Source: the human T2T-CHM13v2.0 reference genome, Homo sapiens
Assembly: GCF_009914755.1 (NCBI RefSeq)
Contig: NC_060925.1
Direction: 5' to 3' (one strand)
DNA: 64,000 nt
Under the pieces are notes generated by a model that saw nothing but the letters and a program-made list of their open reading frames with translations, was not told the DNA's origin and ran no database searches. Positions within the stretch are counted from its first letter, which is position 1. Each line of letters begins with the position of its first letter. Below are positions 26,242-43,481 of this stretch, one piece after another. The position numbers were made by a program, and so were the translations under genes.

Positions 26242-26652
<411 letters not shown>

Positions 26653-26863
26653 TGAGAAAAAGTCCCTGAAAATCAAGACACAACATTTCAGATTTCATTC
26701 ATTCATTCACTCATTCAAAAAATAAACATATTTACCAAGCTCCTAGGATGTACCAGGCATGGAGCCTACATTCCAGTGGGAGAGACAAAACTATAAGAAG
26801 GAGGCAACTAAGTGCCAAGATTTCAGGAAGTGACAAATGGTGTAAAGAAAGGAGAGAGAGGTA

Positions 26864-27194
<331 letters not shown>

Positions 27195-30100
27195 TCAGAA
27201 GCATGGGCAGCAGGAAATCATGCAAATCTAATGGACCCTTTATCTGTCCAGGACCAGCCACATACACACATCAGAAGAGAGCTCTGTGCAGATGAGCTCA
27301 AGTATAAAGGCCCAAGACAGAAATGAGTTTGATGAGCTGAAGAAACAGCAAAGTTAGAATGAGATCAGAATGGGAAAAGACAAGGGAGATGATGAAGCTG
27401 GAGAGGCAGACAGAGAGCACAGAAGGAAAACAGGGGCCAGGGGATGGCTCTGGATTATTCCACATGTGAAGAATGGCTTCAGCCAAGTCACAAGGGAAGT
27501 GAGAAGAGATGGCTGCAGACAAGCAAACAAGGAATGCTGAGCTCACCAACAGAGGCTGCCTCGGTCACTCTCAGCCTCTGCTGATTCACTCGTCTTTGCC
27601 TCTACCAGAGTGGTGGAAAAATGTGTCCCCAAATTTTCAGCCACCAACACCTCCCTATGTGAACTTGGCAAGTCGCTCAGCCCCTTGATGTCTCCTTTAT
27701 TTTTTATCTGCAAAAAGGCAATGGAAACTCCACTGGCAGTGGTGAGGGGGCACTGGTGGGAAGGGTACTGATGCTCACCTGGGACCTGAACCCTTGGGCC
27801 TGCTTCCAGTAGAGAAGAGGGTTTCATTTCCGTGGGCACAGTGCCCCACACAGAGCAGGCCTTCAATGCATTTTTATGAACTAAATGTCCCAAACAGAGA
27901 TCTGGAGGTCACAGGGGCATGGTGGTCCCAAAAGTCCTGCAGGGCATGGTAAGCCAGGCTGGACTGATGGGCTGAGACTTCAGGCGTCGACTCTCCTTTC
28001 CTCCCCAGCGCCAAGCCAAGCGGGCAGCAGCAGGCCCACTGCACCAGAGGCAGACAGGCAGGCGGGCAGGCAGGGGCGAGTCATCGGGCACATGGAGAAA
28101 GGAGGGCATTGTCTGCTGAAACCCAACCAAGGGGCCAGGGCCACAATGCGGGGGATTCTTTTGGGAGAAACAGACATGGCTTTCTTTCCACCAACTGCTG
28201 CTTAAACAGCCCACTGGATTTGATTCTATCCCATTTCACCCCAAACAAATGATAAATAAATAAACCTTGGTGAGCTCAGAGCACTGGAGCCAGGACCCTG
28301 AGCCTAGAACAGACTGGATGCCGTCCTCCCAGGGCCAGGGAGTTCCTTTGTCAGGTGGGCCCGCCTACACTCCTGCTGCCAGGTATGTGGGTGAGTTTGC
28401 AGAGGGGCAGGCTCCAGGCTAGGCTGCTGCGGCCTGAGGAAGTCCCTCCAGATGTGGGGCACAGCTGGTTGGCTGTGCCATCTCATACCCAAGGTAGAGA
28501 GGGTGGGGCAGCAGAGGAAAAGATGGGGGCCTGGCTGCAGGGAAGCAGGCTGAGCAGTCCCTAGTAGCCCGGTGTCCTCTGACCCCTCACCTTGGTCCAG
28601 AGGCTTGGTCTGGAGAGACCATCTGCACAGTCCTCTGAAACTCTCAGTGAGGTGACAGCAGTGGCCCATGCTTCTCCCCACTTTATATACTAGGGAACAA
28701 GTCCCAAAAGTGATGTGCCCCGCTCAATGTCACAAAGTGAGATAATCACAGAATGCCAGAGGTTCCCTCCCGTGTCCTTTTTTTCTAGATGGTCAAACTG
28801 AGGCATAAAGCAGTCAAAGGCATTGCCTGATCCCATAGGAGCTGGGAGTTCTGACCCCTGCATCGCTCAGCACCCTCAGTGCCCTGAAGAGGGAGCAGCG
28901 ACTTCTATTGCAGAAGCCTTCTTCTGACCCAAAGCTTCCTCCCTGGCACTCACTGCAGTTGGGAGAAGTAAGCTACAGCCTCACCTAAAGGAGCCAGGCA
29001 TTATGCCATGTGCCACACTCCAAGGCACCTACAGTCTGAGGCCCCCTCCATGTCAGGTTCCCATCCTGCCCCTGGTTCTTTGCTCCTGTTGAGCTCCTAT
29101 CCTGCTTTCCTTCCTACCTGTCCAAATGTGCTCCTTCATTGAGGCCCCAGGTACATCTCCTCCAGGAATCCTCCCTTGCTCCCTCCTGCCTCTGCTCATC
29201 TAGCCCTTCTTACAGCCTCTGCTGCCCATTCTGATAGCTGGGCTCCACTAAGACCCTGAGCAGACATCTGGTGGCCTTTAGATAAGGTGCAGAGGGCAGC
29301 CAAGCCCACAATGGCCACAAACAGAAGAATGCCAGGCTACTTCAGGCCTCCAGTCCCATCTGCTGACTGCTGTTCTCTGTATCTAAGACACCCTTTCTGC
29401 TCTTTGTATGGCAGTTCCTAATCCTCCAGGACTCCTTCCCTGACACTCGAAGGCCTCGAGCACACCTCTCCCTCTGTCTCAGCACCTGTCACCCACTCCT
29501 GGACTCACATGTGTCTGTCTATCTCTCCCACTAGACTGTGTGTCCCTCAAGGGCGTAATACATTGTGCAGAGAGAAGGGCCACCCAGGGCTCCTGTGACC
29601 CAGGCCCTCCTTGACTTATACAGTATTTACTGAACACCAAATGAGCAAAATGAACTATCCCCAGTCTTACAGAACTACTCTCCCACATGACCTGTCTCCT
29701 GGAGGACACCGAGGCCTCCCCAAGGGCAGGTCCAGTCTCTTTCTCTTCTGGGTCTTCTCGACTATCAGCTCCCAGAGGAAGGTGCGGGTCTCCTCTTGCC
29801 CTGTCTTTTGGGACAGCCGCACTCTGCTGTGACAGAAAAGGGACTCTGCCTGGCTGGCATCTCTGGCCCCAGGTTCTGGTCCAATCCATGGGGCAACTCA
29901 GCAATCCCTAGCTACCATTAGGGGAACATTTGCTTGGGGGAACATTTGCTTTAATTTTCTTAGCTCCTGACAGTGCATAATTGAAAAATGCCACAGAGGA
30001 CTGCCCAGCCCAAGCAGCCCAGAAAAATGGGCCGAGAGCACCAGGCATGCAGGTACTGCACTTGTCCCAGTGCAGATGATGCACAGAGGGGTGTGGGGCA

Positions 30101-30449
30101 ACTTTGAGAAAGAACCAGCTTTTTGAGAGAAATCAGGACAGCATAAATGGAACACATACAAACGTGCAAAAGCCTAATTTCTTCCTTAGAGCTTGGAGAG
30201 ACGCACTTTCACAGCTTTTCATGACATCATGTCAAACATTTCCAGGCATCCAAGACACAGTTTTGCCCTAAATACTGTGTATTCAAGTCACATGGTCCTT
30301 TGCTTTTAAAATCACAGGGCTGGACACAGGAAGCTCCCCACCCTATACCTTCCTAAAAGCTCCGTCCTACCATTTCTCAGACAAAAGGAAACCTCTCCTA
30401 CTTACAGAGGCCTCCGGGGCAGTTGGGGTGGCCATACAATCAGGCAACC

Positions 30450-30650
30450 TGTAACTTACCAGCTCTGAGACCTTGAGCTAGTCACTTCACCTCTTTGAGT
30501 CCCCCTACTTTCTTAAATAAAATGAAGATAATGAATCAGCACATAAGCCAGTATCCCAAGGTTGCTATATGGATTAATGAAATAAAATGAGTTCTGACCT
30601 TTATGCCTGGCTTCAGAAGACACTTAGGAAATGTGAGTTTCTTATTCTTT
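30450..30650 (+). mobile_element. MIR SINE
   Basis: cttaccagctctgagaccttgagctagtcacttcacctctttgag...taaaatgaagataat. Confidence 0.75.
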
Positions 30651-33096
30651 CACCTAGCTTGGGGTTTGGTGGCTGAGTGGGGGCTGAATCCACCCAGTGC
30701 CTCCCACTCCAGTGCTCCAGTGCTCTTTCTAGTAAATGGCTCAGCCTCCCTCATAGCTGTTCACATGAATTCGGAGAATCAGACAACGTGAGCTCCCTTC
30801 TGTCTGAGTGGCCGACTCTTTTTCTTCTTTCAACAGTTCTCATTTTAAGAATGTATAACATTTAATTCAAACTGGCATTTCTTGAGGGCCTACTATGTAC
30901 CCAGTCATGGGAGAAGCTCAAGTCACAGCTTCACAGGATTGCAGAGACAAGAAATGCAAGTAACAAGGAAAGGCCAGTGAGGGTCACTACAGATTCAAAT
31001 CACGGTAGAGATGGTAAGGAGGTGACTGGCAACTTGGAGATGAGTGATTCCTGGCAGCTGGAAGTGTGGGGTATGTTCCCCAAATTGGACTTCCTCCCCT
31101 ACCACCTTCCACTCTGACTGCAGTCTCAAAGGCCATGGCTGAACACCCAGGGGCTTTTCCAGGCCTCCGTTTACCCCATTTCCCTCCCTTTCCCTGGAAA
31201 CTGTCTCCTCAATGGGCTGATATCCATTTGGGAGTCACTACAGTATCAAGTACTAGCCAGGGCTGTGGCACCACAGAGAAAAATCAGACCTGCAAAGCTC
31301 ACAGTCTAGTGGGGAGACCCTGAATAAAGCAGGTGACTGCAATAGAATCTGACAGGTGCTATGGAGAGGGAGGAGCCATGGGCTTACAGAGGAGGGAATA
31401 ACTAAAATGGTGCTTGGGACAGGAACTGCTGAGAGTTTTCAAGGAGAGACAACAAACATTTGAGCTGTCATGTGAATAAGGTCGTGGGGTTGAGCTATGT
31501 GCATGTCACTGTGTGTGTGTCTGTATGTGTGTGCCTGTGTGTTGCGGAGAATGGATTTCAGCAGAGGGGCCAGGCTGGACGAAGTTGCAGAAGCTCTCAG
31601 CGGCTGGCACAGCAGGAAGTTGCACTCTTTTTGCTTCCTGCATCTCTGGCCATGGTGACCCTTGCCTTCTGAGGCTGCCACATCTCCTCTTCCTGCTCTT
31701 AGCCCCAGGTATGGCTGTGGTCCCAACTTCTGTCATTGGTCTCCTCTCTGTCTCTGTGCTCCATCCCTCCAAGCCTGTGGCTTCGGCTCTGCCCAGAGGC
31801 CTCCCACATCTTCATCTCCAGCCCAGACCCTACTCCCTAGGGCCCAACTGCCTGACAGCCTGTCCACTTGAGTCCTTCACATTCACCTTGAGTCCTGTGG
31901 GATGGAAATGGAATTCCTTTCTACCCACAGCTGGCCTCTTGGCCTCTCCTCCTAAACAGTCCCCCATTCCCCATCCACACATGTCTTCTGTAGCTCATCA
32001 GCCACTAAGCCCTAGGGCTTTTTCCTTCATGACATTTCTCCCATCTCTCCTTTCCTCAGTTTCTACTGCCTCCACCTAAGCCTTTTCATTTTCCAGACTA
32101 TAGTTACAACTACTACGTTAAGAACCTTCTCCCGCTGTTTCTAGTCACCTCCTTCCCCAGTCCCTTTCTCCTTCCACCACCTCTCCCAAATCCCGCCTGT
32201 TACTGATCCAGTTGTCTACAGCACAGAATAGTACAGACTCCACGTCACCATCTGATCCATTATCCTAATACTCAACTCTGACTATAACTGTCTGCTCAAA
32301 GAATGGCCAGTGGCTCTTCACCACCAGCTCAGCCTTCAAAGCTCCCCATTCTGGCCTTATCTCCTCAGTCTGATCTCAGGCTTCTCCCCTACAAGCACTG
32401 ACCATCACTTCATTCCAAACACACAAATTTACTCATATTTCTGGATCTCATCATGCCCAAGCCCACCTGAATCTCCCCTTGATTCCTTCCTCTGCCTGGA
32501 ATTTCTCAGCTCTGGTCATCCAAGCCCTAACCCTCCTTCTAGGCCTCATTTCAACTCTAAGGCCCTCATGAAGCCTCCTACCCCAACTCATTAGCCTCAG
32601 ATGTCTCCAGGACCCCCTCCCATCCAGGCTTCAGGTCACTGCTGACTGTGCTCATGTGGTCCTTGGGCCAAGCCTGCCAGGCCAGGAGTCCACTGCTCAG
32701 CAACCCCAGGAGGGGGACAGATAGTCTGGCTACCACAGATTTCAGTTATACCTGCAAGGAACTCTAAGCAGCCTGTACCTCCTAGGCTGCTGCCTCAGTC
32801 TCCTTGCTTGGCACGTAGATGAATCTCTGTATCCTGGCCTACCTAGTTGGCTTCTGACTGCCCTGCCTGATCTTGCCAGTTTCCTGGATGCTATTTGCTA
32901 AACTTGCTGCCATTCAGTAAGAGTATGTGGGGGTGGGAGGTGGTGAGAGGTATTTGTTGCTCAGAACCACAACAAGGAGGAAGCTGCTGGTCACTTAATT
33001 TTGCCTATGATCTCCTGCCTCTACCACCATAGAAACCCACCCACCACATAAGACCTGAAGACTACAGAGAACTACAGCTTCAGAAACCCAACTCAT

Positions 33097-34107
33097 GGAG
33101 GTTCCAAGATGGCCAAATAGGAACAGCTCCAGTCTACAGCTCCCAGGGTGAGTGACGCAGAAGACGGGTGATTTCTGCATTTCCAACTAAGGTACTGGGT
33201 TCATCTCACTGGGGCTTGTCGGACAGTGGGTGCAGCCCATGGAGCATGAGCTGAAGCAGGGCGGGGCATCGCCTCACCTGGGAAACTCAAGGGGTCGGGG
33301 AATTCCCTTTCCTAGCCAAGGGAAGCCGTGACAGATGGTACCTGCAAAATCGGGTCACTCCTACCCTAAGACTGTGCTTTTCCAATGGTCTTAGCAAACA
33401 GCACACCAGGAGATTATATCCCATGCCTGGCTCAGAGGGTCCCATGCCCACAGGGCCTTGCTCACTACTATCACAGCAGTCTGAGATCAAACTGCAAGGC
33501 GGCAGGGAGGCTGGCGGAGGGGCGCCCGCCATTGCTGAGGCTTGAGTAGGTAAACAAAGTGGTGAGGAAGGTGAAACTGGGTGGAGCCCACCACAGCTCA
33601 AGGAGGCCTGCCTGCCTCTGTAGACTCCACCTCTGGAGGCAGGGTATAGCTGAACAAAAGGTAGCAGAAACTTCTGCAGACTTAAACGTCCCTGTCTGAC
33701 AGCTTTGAAGAGAGTAGTGGTTCTCCCAGCATGGAGTTTGAGATCTGAGAATGGACAGACTGCCTCCTCAAGTGGGTCCCTGACCCATGAGTAGCCTAAC
33801 TGGGAGGCACCTCCCACTAGGGGCTGACTGACACCTCATACAACCGGGTGCCCCTCTGAGACAAAGCTTCCAGAGGAAGGATCAGGCGGCAACATTTGCC
33901 ATTCTGCAAGATATGCTGTTCTGTAGCCTCTGCTGGTGACACCCAGGCAAACAGTGTCTGGAGTGGACCTCCAGCAAACTCCAACAGACCTGCAGCTGAA
34001 GGTCCTGACTGTTAGAAGGAAAACTCACAAACAGAAAGGACATCCACACCAAAACTCCATCTGTATGTCACCATCATCAGAGACCAAAAGTAGATAAAAT
34101 CACAAAG
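33097..34107 (+). promoter_or_regulatory. L1 5'UTR internal sense promoter and antisense promoter
   Basis: Intact YY1 site caagatggcc at 33105-33114, upstream of the ORF1 ATG. Many CpGs have decayed to TpG/CpA. Confidence 0.8.
33287..33532 (-). CDS. ORF0: L1 antisense ORF0-like frame, 81 aa (MAGAPPPASLPPCSLISDCC...)
   Basis: C-terminal part of ORF-track entry 33287..33817. The N-terminus matches primate L1 ORF0, with Kozak context gcaATGg. Expression is not shown. Confidence 0.7.
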   Translation of the reverse strand: MAGAPPPASLPPCSLISDCCDSSEQGPVGMGPSEPGMGYNLLVCCLLRPLEKHSLRVGVTRFCRYHLSRLPLARKGNSPTP

Positions 34108-35128
34108 ATGGGGAGAAACCAGAGCAGAAAAGCTGAAAATTCTAAAAATCAGAGTGTCTCTTCTCCTCCAAAGAAACGCAGCTCCTCACCAGCAACAGAA
34201 CAAAGCTGGATGGAGAATGACTTCGACGAGTTGAGAGAAGAAGGTGTCAGATGATCAGTAATAACAAATTTCTCCGAGCTAAAGGAGGATGATTCAATCC
34301 ATCACAAAAAAGCTAAAAACCTTGAAAAAAGATTAAACGAATGGCTAACTAGAATAAACAGCATACAGAAGACCTTAAATGACCTGATGGAGCTGAAAAC
34401 CATGGCATGAGAACTTCATGACGCATGCACAAGCTTCAGTAGCCGATTCGATCAACTGGAAGAAAGGGTATCAGTGATTGAAGATCAAATGAATTAAATG
34501 AAGTGAGAAGTTTAGAGAAAAAAGAGTAAAAAGAAACAAAAAAAGCCTCCAAGAAATATGGGACTATGTGAAAAGACCAAATCTACATCTGATTGGTGTA
34601 CCTGAAAGTGACGGGGAGAATGGAACCAAGTTGGAAAACACTCTGCAGGATATTATCCAGGAGAACTTCCCCAACCTAGCAACGCAGGCCAACATTCAAA
34701 TTCAGTAAATACAGAGACCACCACGAAGATATTCTTCGATAAGAGCAACTCCAAGACACATAATTGTCAAATTCACCAAAGTTGAAATGAGGGAAGAAAT
34801 GTTAAGGGCAGCCAGAGAGAAAGGTCGGGTTACCCACAAAGGGAAGCCCATCAGACTAACAGCTGATCTCTTGGCAGAAACTCTACAAGCCAGAATAGAG
34901 TAGGGGTCAATATTCAACATTCTTAAAGAAAAGAATTTTCAACCCAGAATTTCATATCCAGCCAAACTAAGCTTCATAAGTGAAGGAGAAATAAAATACT
35001 TTACAGACAAGCAAATGCTGAGAGATTTTGTCACCACCAGGCCTGCCTTACAAGAGCTCCTGAAGGAAGCACTAAACATGGAAAGGAACAACCGGTACCA
35101 GCCACTGCAAAAACATGCCAAATTGTAA
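34108..35128 (+). pseudogene. ORF1: L1 ORF1, disrupted
   Basis: ATG GGG AGA AAC at 34108 and terminal CATGCCAAATTGTAA. In-frame TGA at 34252 and 34408. Confidence 0.93.
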
Positions 35129-35191
35129 AGACCATCAAGGTTAGGAAGAAACTGCATCAACTAACAAGCGAAACAACCAGCTAACATCATA

Positions 35192-39018
<3,827 letters not shown>

Positions 39019-39409
39019 ACAATGAGAACACTTGGACACGGGAAGGGGAACATCACACGCCGGGGCCTGTTGTGGGGTGGGGGGATGGGGGAGGGATAGC
39101 ATTAGGAGATATACCTAATGTAAATGACGAGTTAATGGGTGCAGCACAACAACGTGGTACATGTATACATATGTACCAAACCTGCACGTTATGCACATGT
39201 ACCCTAGAACTTAAAGTGTAAAAACAAACAAACAAATAAATAAATAAAAAGAAACCCAACTCATTGACTGCAGCCCAGCAATAGATTATTTCCTATTGTA
39301 GCTCCTCTTCCTTTCACCCCTTCACCCATCTAGAAACTGAGGTGTCCTACAGTTTGCTCTGTCTCTCAGATCCTGATACCTGCCCCCTTTGCCCTTAATA
39401 ATAATATCA

Positions 39410-39630
39410 GCATGAACAACAGCTAATGCTCAATTAGTCCTTACCACGTGCCAGGCACTGCTCTAGACACTTTACATATGATTGATTCATTTAGGCTTCA
39501 CAGCAACCCTTTGAAGTAGGTACTGTGATTCCTCCATTTTATAGATGAGGAAACTGAGGCACTGGTACAAAGTGGTGAAGTTAGCACACAAACCCAAGCA
39601 ATTCAGCTGCAGAGTGTATGCTCTATACCT
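39410..39630 (-). mobile_element. MIR SINE
   Basis: gtgccaggcactgctctag...ccattttatagatgaggaaactgaggcac. Confidence 0.85.
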
Positions 39631-40569
39631 CTCTGTTTCTCCCCAGATCCCATCTCACCCAGTGGGGCCACCCTGCACACTGATGCATTCTGACTCTAGC
39701 CCAAGGGCTCTTGGTGAGGACAAGCCATGTATTGAGCACAAGGCTGCCTCCATTCACAGGAAGGGGTATCTACTCCCACATAACAAAGATGCCATGCAAG
39801 CAGGCCTGCTGCCCCGCCGTGAAACACAATTAGCCTCCCTGGTTTACCTCTGAGTTGGAATTGAAGCTCTAGAATTTTGGCATCCATCCATCCATTCATT
39901 CATTCACTAAATATTAATTGTATGTGGGATGCCATTAGATGCAGGGAGACCAACTATGTCTGTGCCAGGGCAGTGAGCACAGACTGACTTAAACACACAT
40001 ACGAATTTATCTGATGGATCGTCTCCCAAAGACAGATTAACATAACAGGTTTCTGGAAGCAGGGACCATCTCACAAATAGGTGACTTGCAATATGCATTC
40101 ACTGGATATTCAAGACATGCATGTTGAATACAGCGACAGATGGCAGGTGACATCTGGACAAGGCTTGGAAGTGCTCTGCTAGCCCCATCCCCAGGTTACA
40201 GGTGGTGAACAGAGAGACCAGCAAAGCATCAGAGCCCATCCCTCTTGATTCTCAGGCCAGGGCATTTTCCCACTGCCAGGAGCTGCCTCTTAGGGACCAA
40301 AGCACTTAGGAGAAAAAGAGCAGGCCCTTGCTTTAAGCCAGGACATAAAGAAACATGAGAGTAACTTCAATTAACCCAGAATGTGGGAAGAATTTTGAAG
40401 GTCAGGGAAATGGAAAAGGTAAGTCATGAAAAAAGTTAGCATTCAGCAGTGGAGATAAACTGAGCTGATAAACGGCCTTTGAACATTTGGGTTATTTATT
40501 TATTTGCTTCCAGTCCTTGTGCAGTTGTTAATTCTGGCTAAAATTTCCCAGTGCCTTGCTTGCATGTGT

Positions 40570-40584
40570 GGTACATTATGTACC
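40570..40584. promoter_or_regulatory. Perfect palindromic IR3 steroid response element (GRE/ARE/PRE type), GGTACAttaTGTACC
   Basis: Exact match to RGnACAnnnTGTnCY in non-repeat DNA. Function is untested. Confidence 0.5.
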
Positions 40585-40647
40585 CATCTGGCAGCAAGAC
40601 TGACACCTCCCCTGGCAACCGTCCTATGAAGTTTCAAACACACTTAC

Positions 40648-40746
40648 ATGTTTGCGTCCCAATAACAACAAGACAGAAAGGGAACAGAAAAAGAACACCC
40701 CGGAGTTTACTGCGCTGACTCTCTGGCGGAGTTAACAACGTCTAGT
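40648..40746 (-). other. Candidate 99-nt non-coding exon
   Basis: Minus strand shows branch-like ctcac, acceptor ctcctgttgcag|A and donor CAT|gtaagt. Stops occur in all three frames. Confidence 0.3.
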
Positions 40747-42051
40747 CTGCAACAGGAGCTCAACAAACATGTGAGCAAGTGAACTTGGGCCAGGCCCAAA
40801 GGCCAGACTGAGACACCTCATGAAGCAAAAGAAAGATACAGGCCATGGTCACCGTGAGGCTACCATCTGAGGTCCCCTTTGCAGAAATAAAGATAATTTG
40901 TTCTGGAGTGTTGTTTTTTTCCCCCTACATTCCCCCTGCTTAAACAAACCCTGGTGAAAAGAACTCCTGCTCTGATTGTCCATGGAAAGTTTCCCTGGAA
41001 TGTTGGACCGAGTTTCTGGAATGTATAGATTTAACGAGCCAATTTGGAAATTAACAGAGATGAAAAGGAAGCGTTACGGTCACATTACACACTGAATTCA
41101 CTACCTGAGTCAGGCCCAAGGGGTCAAGGAGGTTCCCTGAAACTTCCCATGAGTGGGCTTAGCAGGTTCCAGACCCAAAACCTTGTCCAACCCGCAGTTT
41201 TAGGGGAGAGTCCACAAAGATCACCAATAGACTTGCTGAGGAAGGAGCACAAACTTCATTAAGAATTCTGAAACACTGTATAAACATCGTTTCCAAACTT
41301 TTTACTGAGATAAGACCTGCCTACCCTTAGACTACTGAGTGTCATGTTTTGAAATATTTTCCCTATTAACCAAACCACATCCCTGTCCCAAATGATTGTG
41401 TCAAATTGCCAGTCCAGGCTTCTAATCAGGAAAAAGATGACAGAGTTTGAGCCATGGATATTGATATATTTTGGGGGGTAGAAACTTGAAATTTTAGTTA
41501 TCTTTATTTGCCTCTAGCAATTTGTTTTTAATGCTGAACAGCCTTGGGATTTCAACTAGGGTATTACGGTAACACCGTATTACTGTATTCCTTCATGTCT
41601 AGGGAGCTCTGGGGTCCAGGCCGGACTTAGTTACTTCATCCAGTTTCTCTCATGTTGCAAAGGAGGCAGTGGAAGCCCAGAGAGAGGAAACAATGTACCG
41701 GCCAGGCACTGCATAAGTCAGAGACCCCTTGGAAGCCCTGCCCAGGAAGGATGCGGCCCCCACTTCCTACCCCAGGCAGACACCATTTCTTCTCATCCCA
41801 GATTTTTACCTAACTCTTTACAGCCTTTTCTCCTCCATTCAGGGCACTGAGCCATCTGACTCGATCTTCAAAGAATAAGTCTTTTTTGTTTAGAGATGTA
41901 CTAAGGGGCTTTAAGCATTGCACATGATTCTTCCTCAATAGCCTTTGATTTTTCTTCCAGGACTTGATCAAATAGGTTCAACTCAAGCATCAAGACCAGG
42001 TTGCGGTTTCAACCAAAGCCACTAGGGAACAGGGAATATCCCATCAGATTT

Positions 42052-42110
42052 GGCGGGGGGCGGGGGGGGGTGGAGGGGGGGGCGGGGGGGGTGGATGGGG
42101 AGGTGGGGGG
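42052..42110 (+). repeat. G-rich low-complexity tract (G-quadruplex potential)
   Basis: Six runs of 4-9 G with short linkers. Confidence 0.9.
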
Positions 42111-43481
42111 AAAGTTTCAACAAGAGTACAAGTCTGACTTTTCTGCAAAATTGGGGCTACATCTCTGCATTCCAAAGCGACAGGGTGTCTGGCAAGGTCC
42201 AGGACAAAGTTACAGATCTGGACTTGAAATTAAGCATCTCCTTCCCTGCAAAAAAAAAAAAAATCTCCTTGGGGGCCAGGAAGTCTAGTGCACTCCTGTG
42301 GATGAAGCCCAGGCAGAGGGAGGGCAAACCAGATGCCCCTGGACTCACTTTGGCAATATCTGACTGCCCCTTCCCTCCCCTTTTCCTGAGAATGTCTGCC
42401 CTGCTGACCCGGGCCCCAGCCCTCCCCCAGCCCCAACCCCAAACCCAGGGGACACTGGGGGAGTCTGTTTCTGAAAGGTCTCTGACAAGGTGCCCAATAC
42501 CTAAATGTGACATCACACCTCTCTTCCCACTTCAGTACATGGGGAAATGGGGCTACCTCTTCCTTCATGACACCATGTGATCTGGCGTTGTTTTAAGTCT
42601 ATGTTGAGTCTCTTCTACTTCTAGGATACTAGGATGACCACTCAGGATTTCAGATCATGAAGAGCAAGGGTACTCGAAGAAGGGTCTGGAAACCTAAGGC
42701 TATCCCAGACCCATGGAGAATAGAGCAGGAAAGGAAGAATCTCTGACTCTCCCATCTCTATTCCCCCTCTATCCCGTCAAGAAGAATATTTTGCAGCAGA
42801 CACCCCTCACTGTTTATGAAGGGGGAAATAACCTAAACAAACAAAAAGCCCCAGCTGCACTCCACATCACAGCCATATGAAGCCATACATGTCACTTGAA
42901 GAACTGTCTGGCGCTGTTTACAAAAAGGCCTATTAAGTCCTCTTGAAGGTCAGCACGGGGTCTGAGGGTTTGAGTCCCATATACCAACTCAGGCATAGAC
43001 AGCAGGGAGGTGGCAGGGCTGTGTGTTATGACGTCTGGAAGTGCCAGGGCAGGGGGCTGTGGGAACCCTTAGGAACCCTGGCACTGCTCCCCAACACTGA
43101 CCCATGTAGCCCAGAACCTCCAATGTGACTCTGGAAGGCAGCCTGGCACGCTTGTCAGTATTTATGGCCACACGGCTGGGCTCTTGACTTGCCCAGCTGT
43201 CAGCTGACACCAAAGAAAATGTCACCCATTTCTAGTTGTTAAGGTGAATATCTCACCTGAGGAGGTGAGAAGGGACATATCTCCACTCAGCTTTCAGTGG
43301 GATGACAAAAAGGAGGCGCTCACCAGACTGCCTGCTGAGTACATGACAGAAACTGGTGATTCCAGCCCACCTGGGAAGAGGAGTGCTAAGCTGAGCCACA
43401 TGTATACAGTAGATGTGCAGATTTATATTTGGCTAACACAGCTTTGCCAATCTCAAGAAGGAATTTAAAATCAATCAGGTT

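Noticed and set aside
40413-40424. Consensus plus-strand donor AAG|gtaagt
   Set aside because: I found no matching acceptor or coding frame upstream. Isolated GTAAGT motifs occur many times in the window on both strands.
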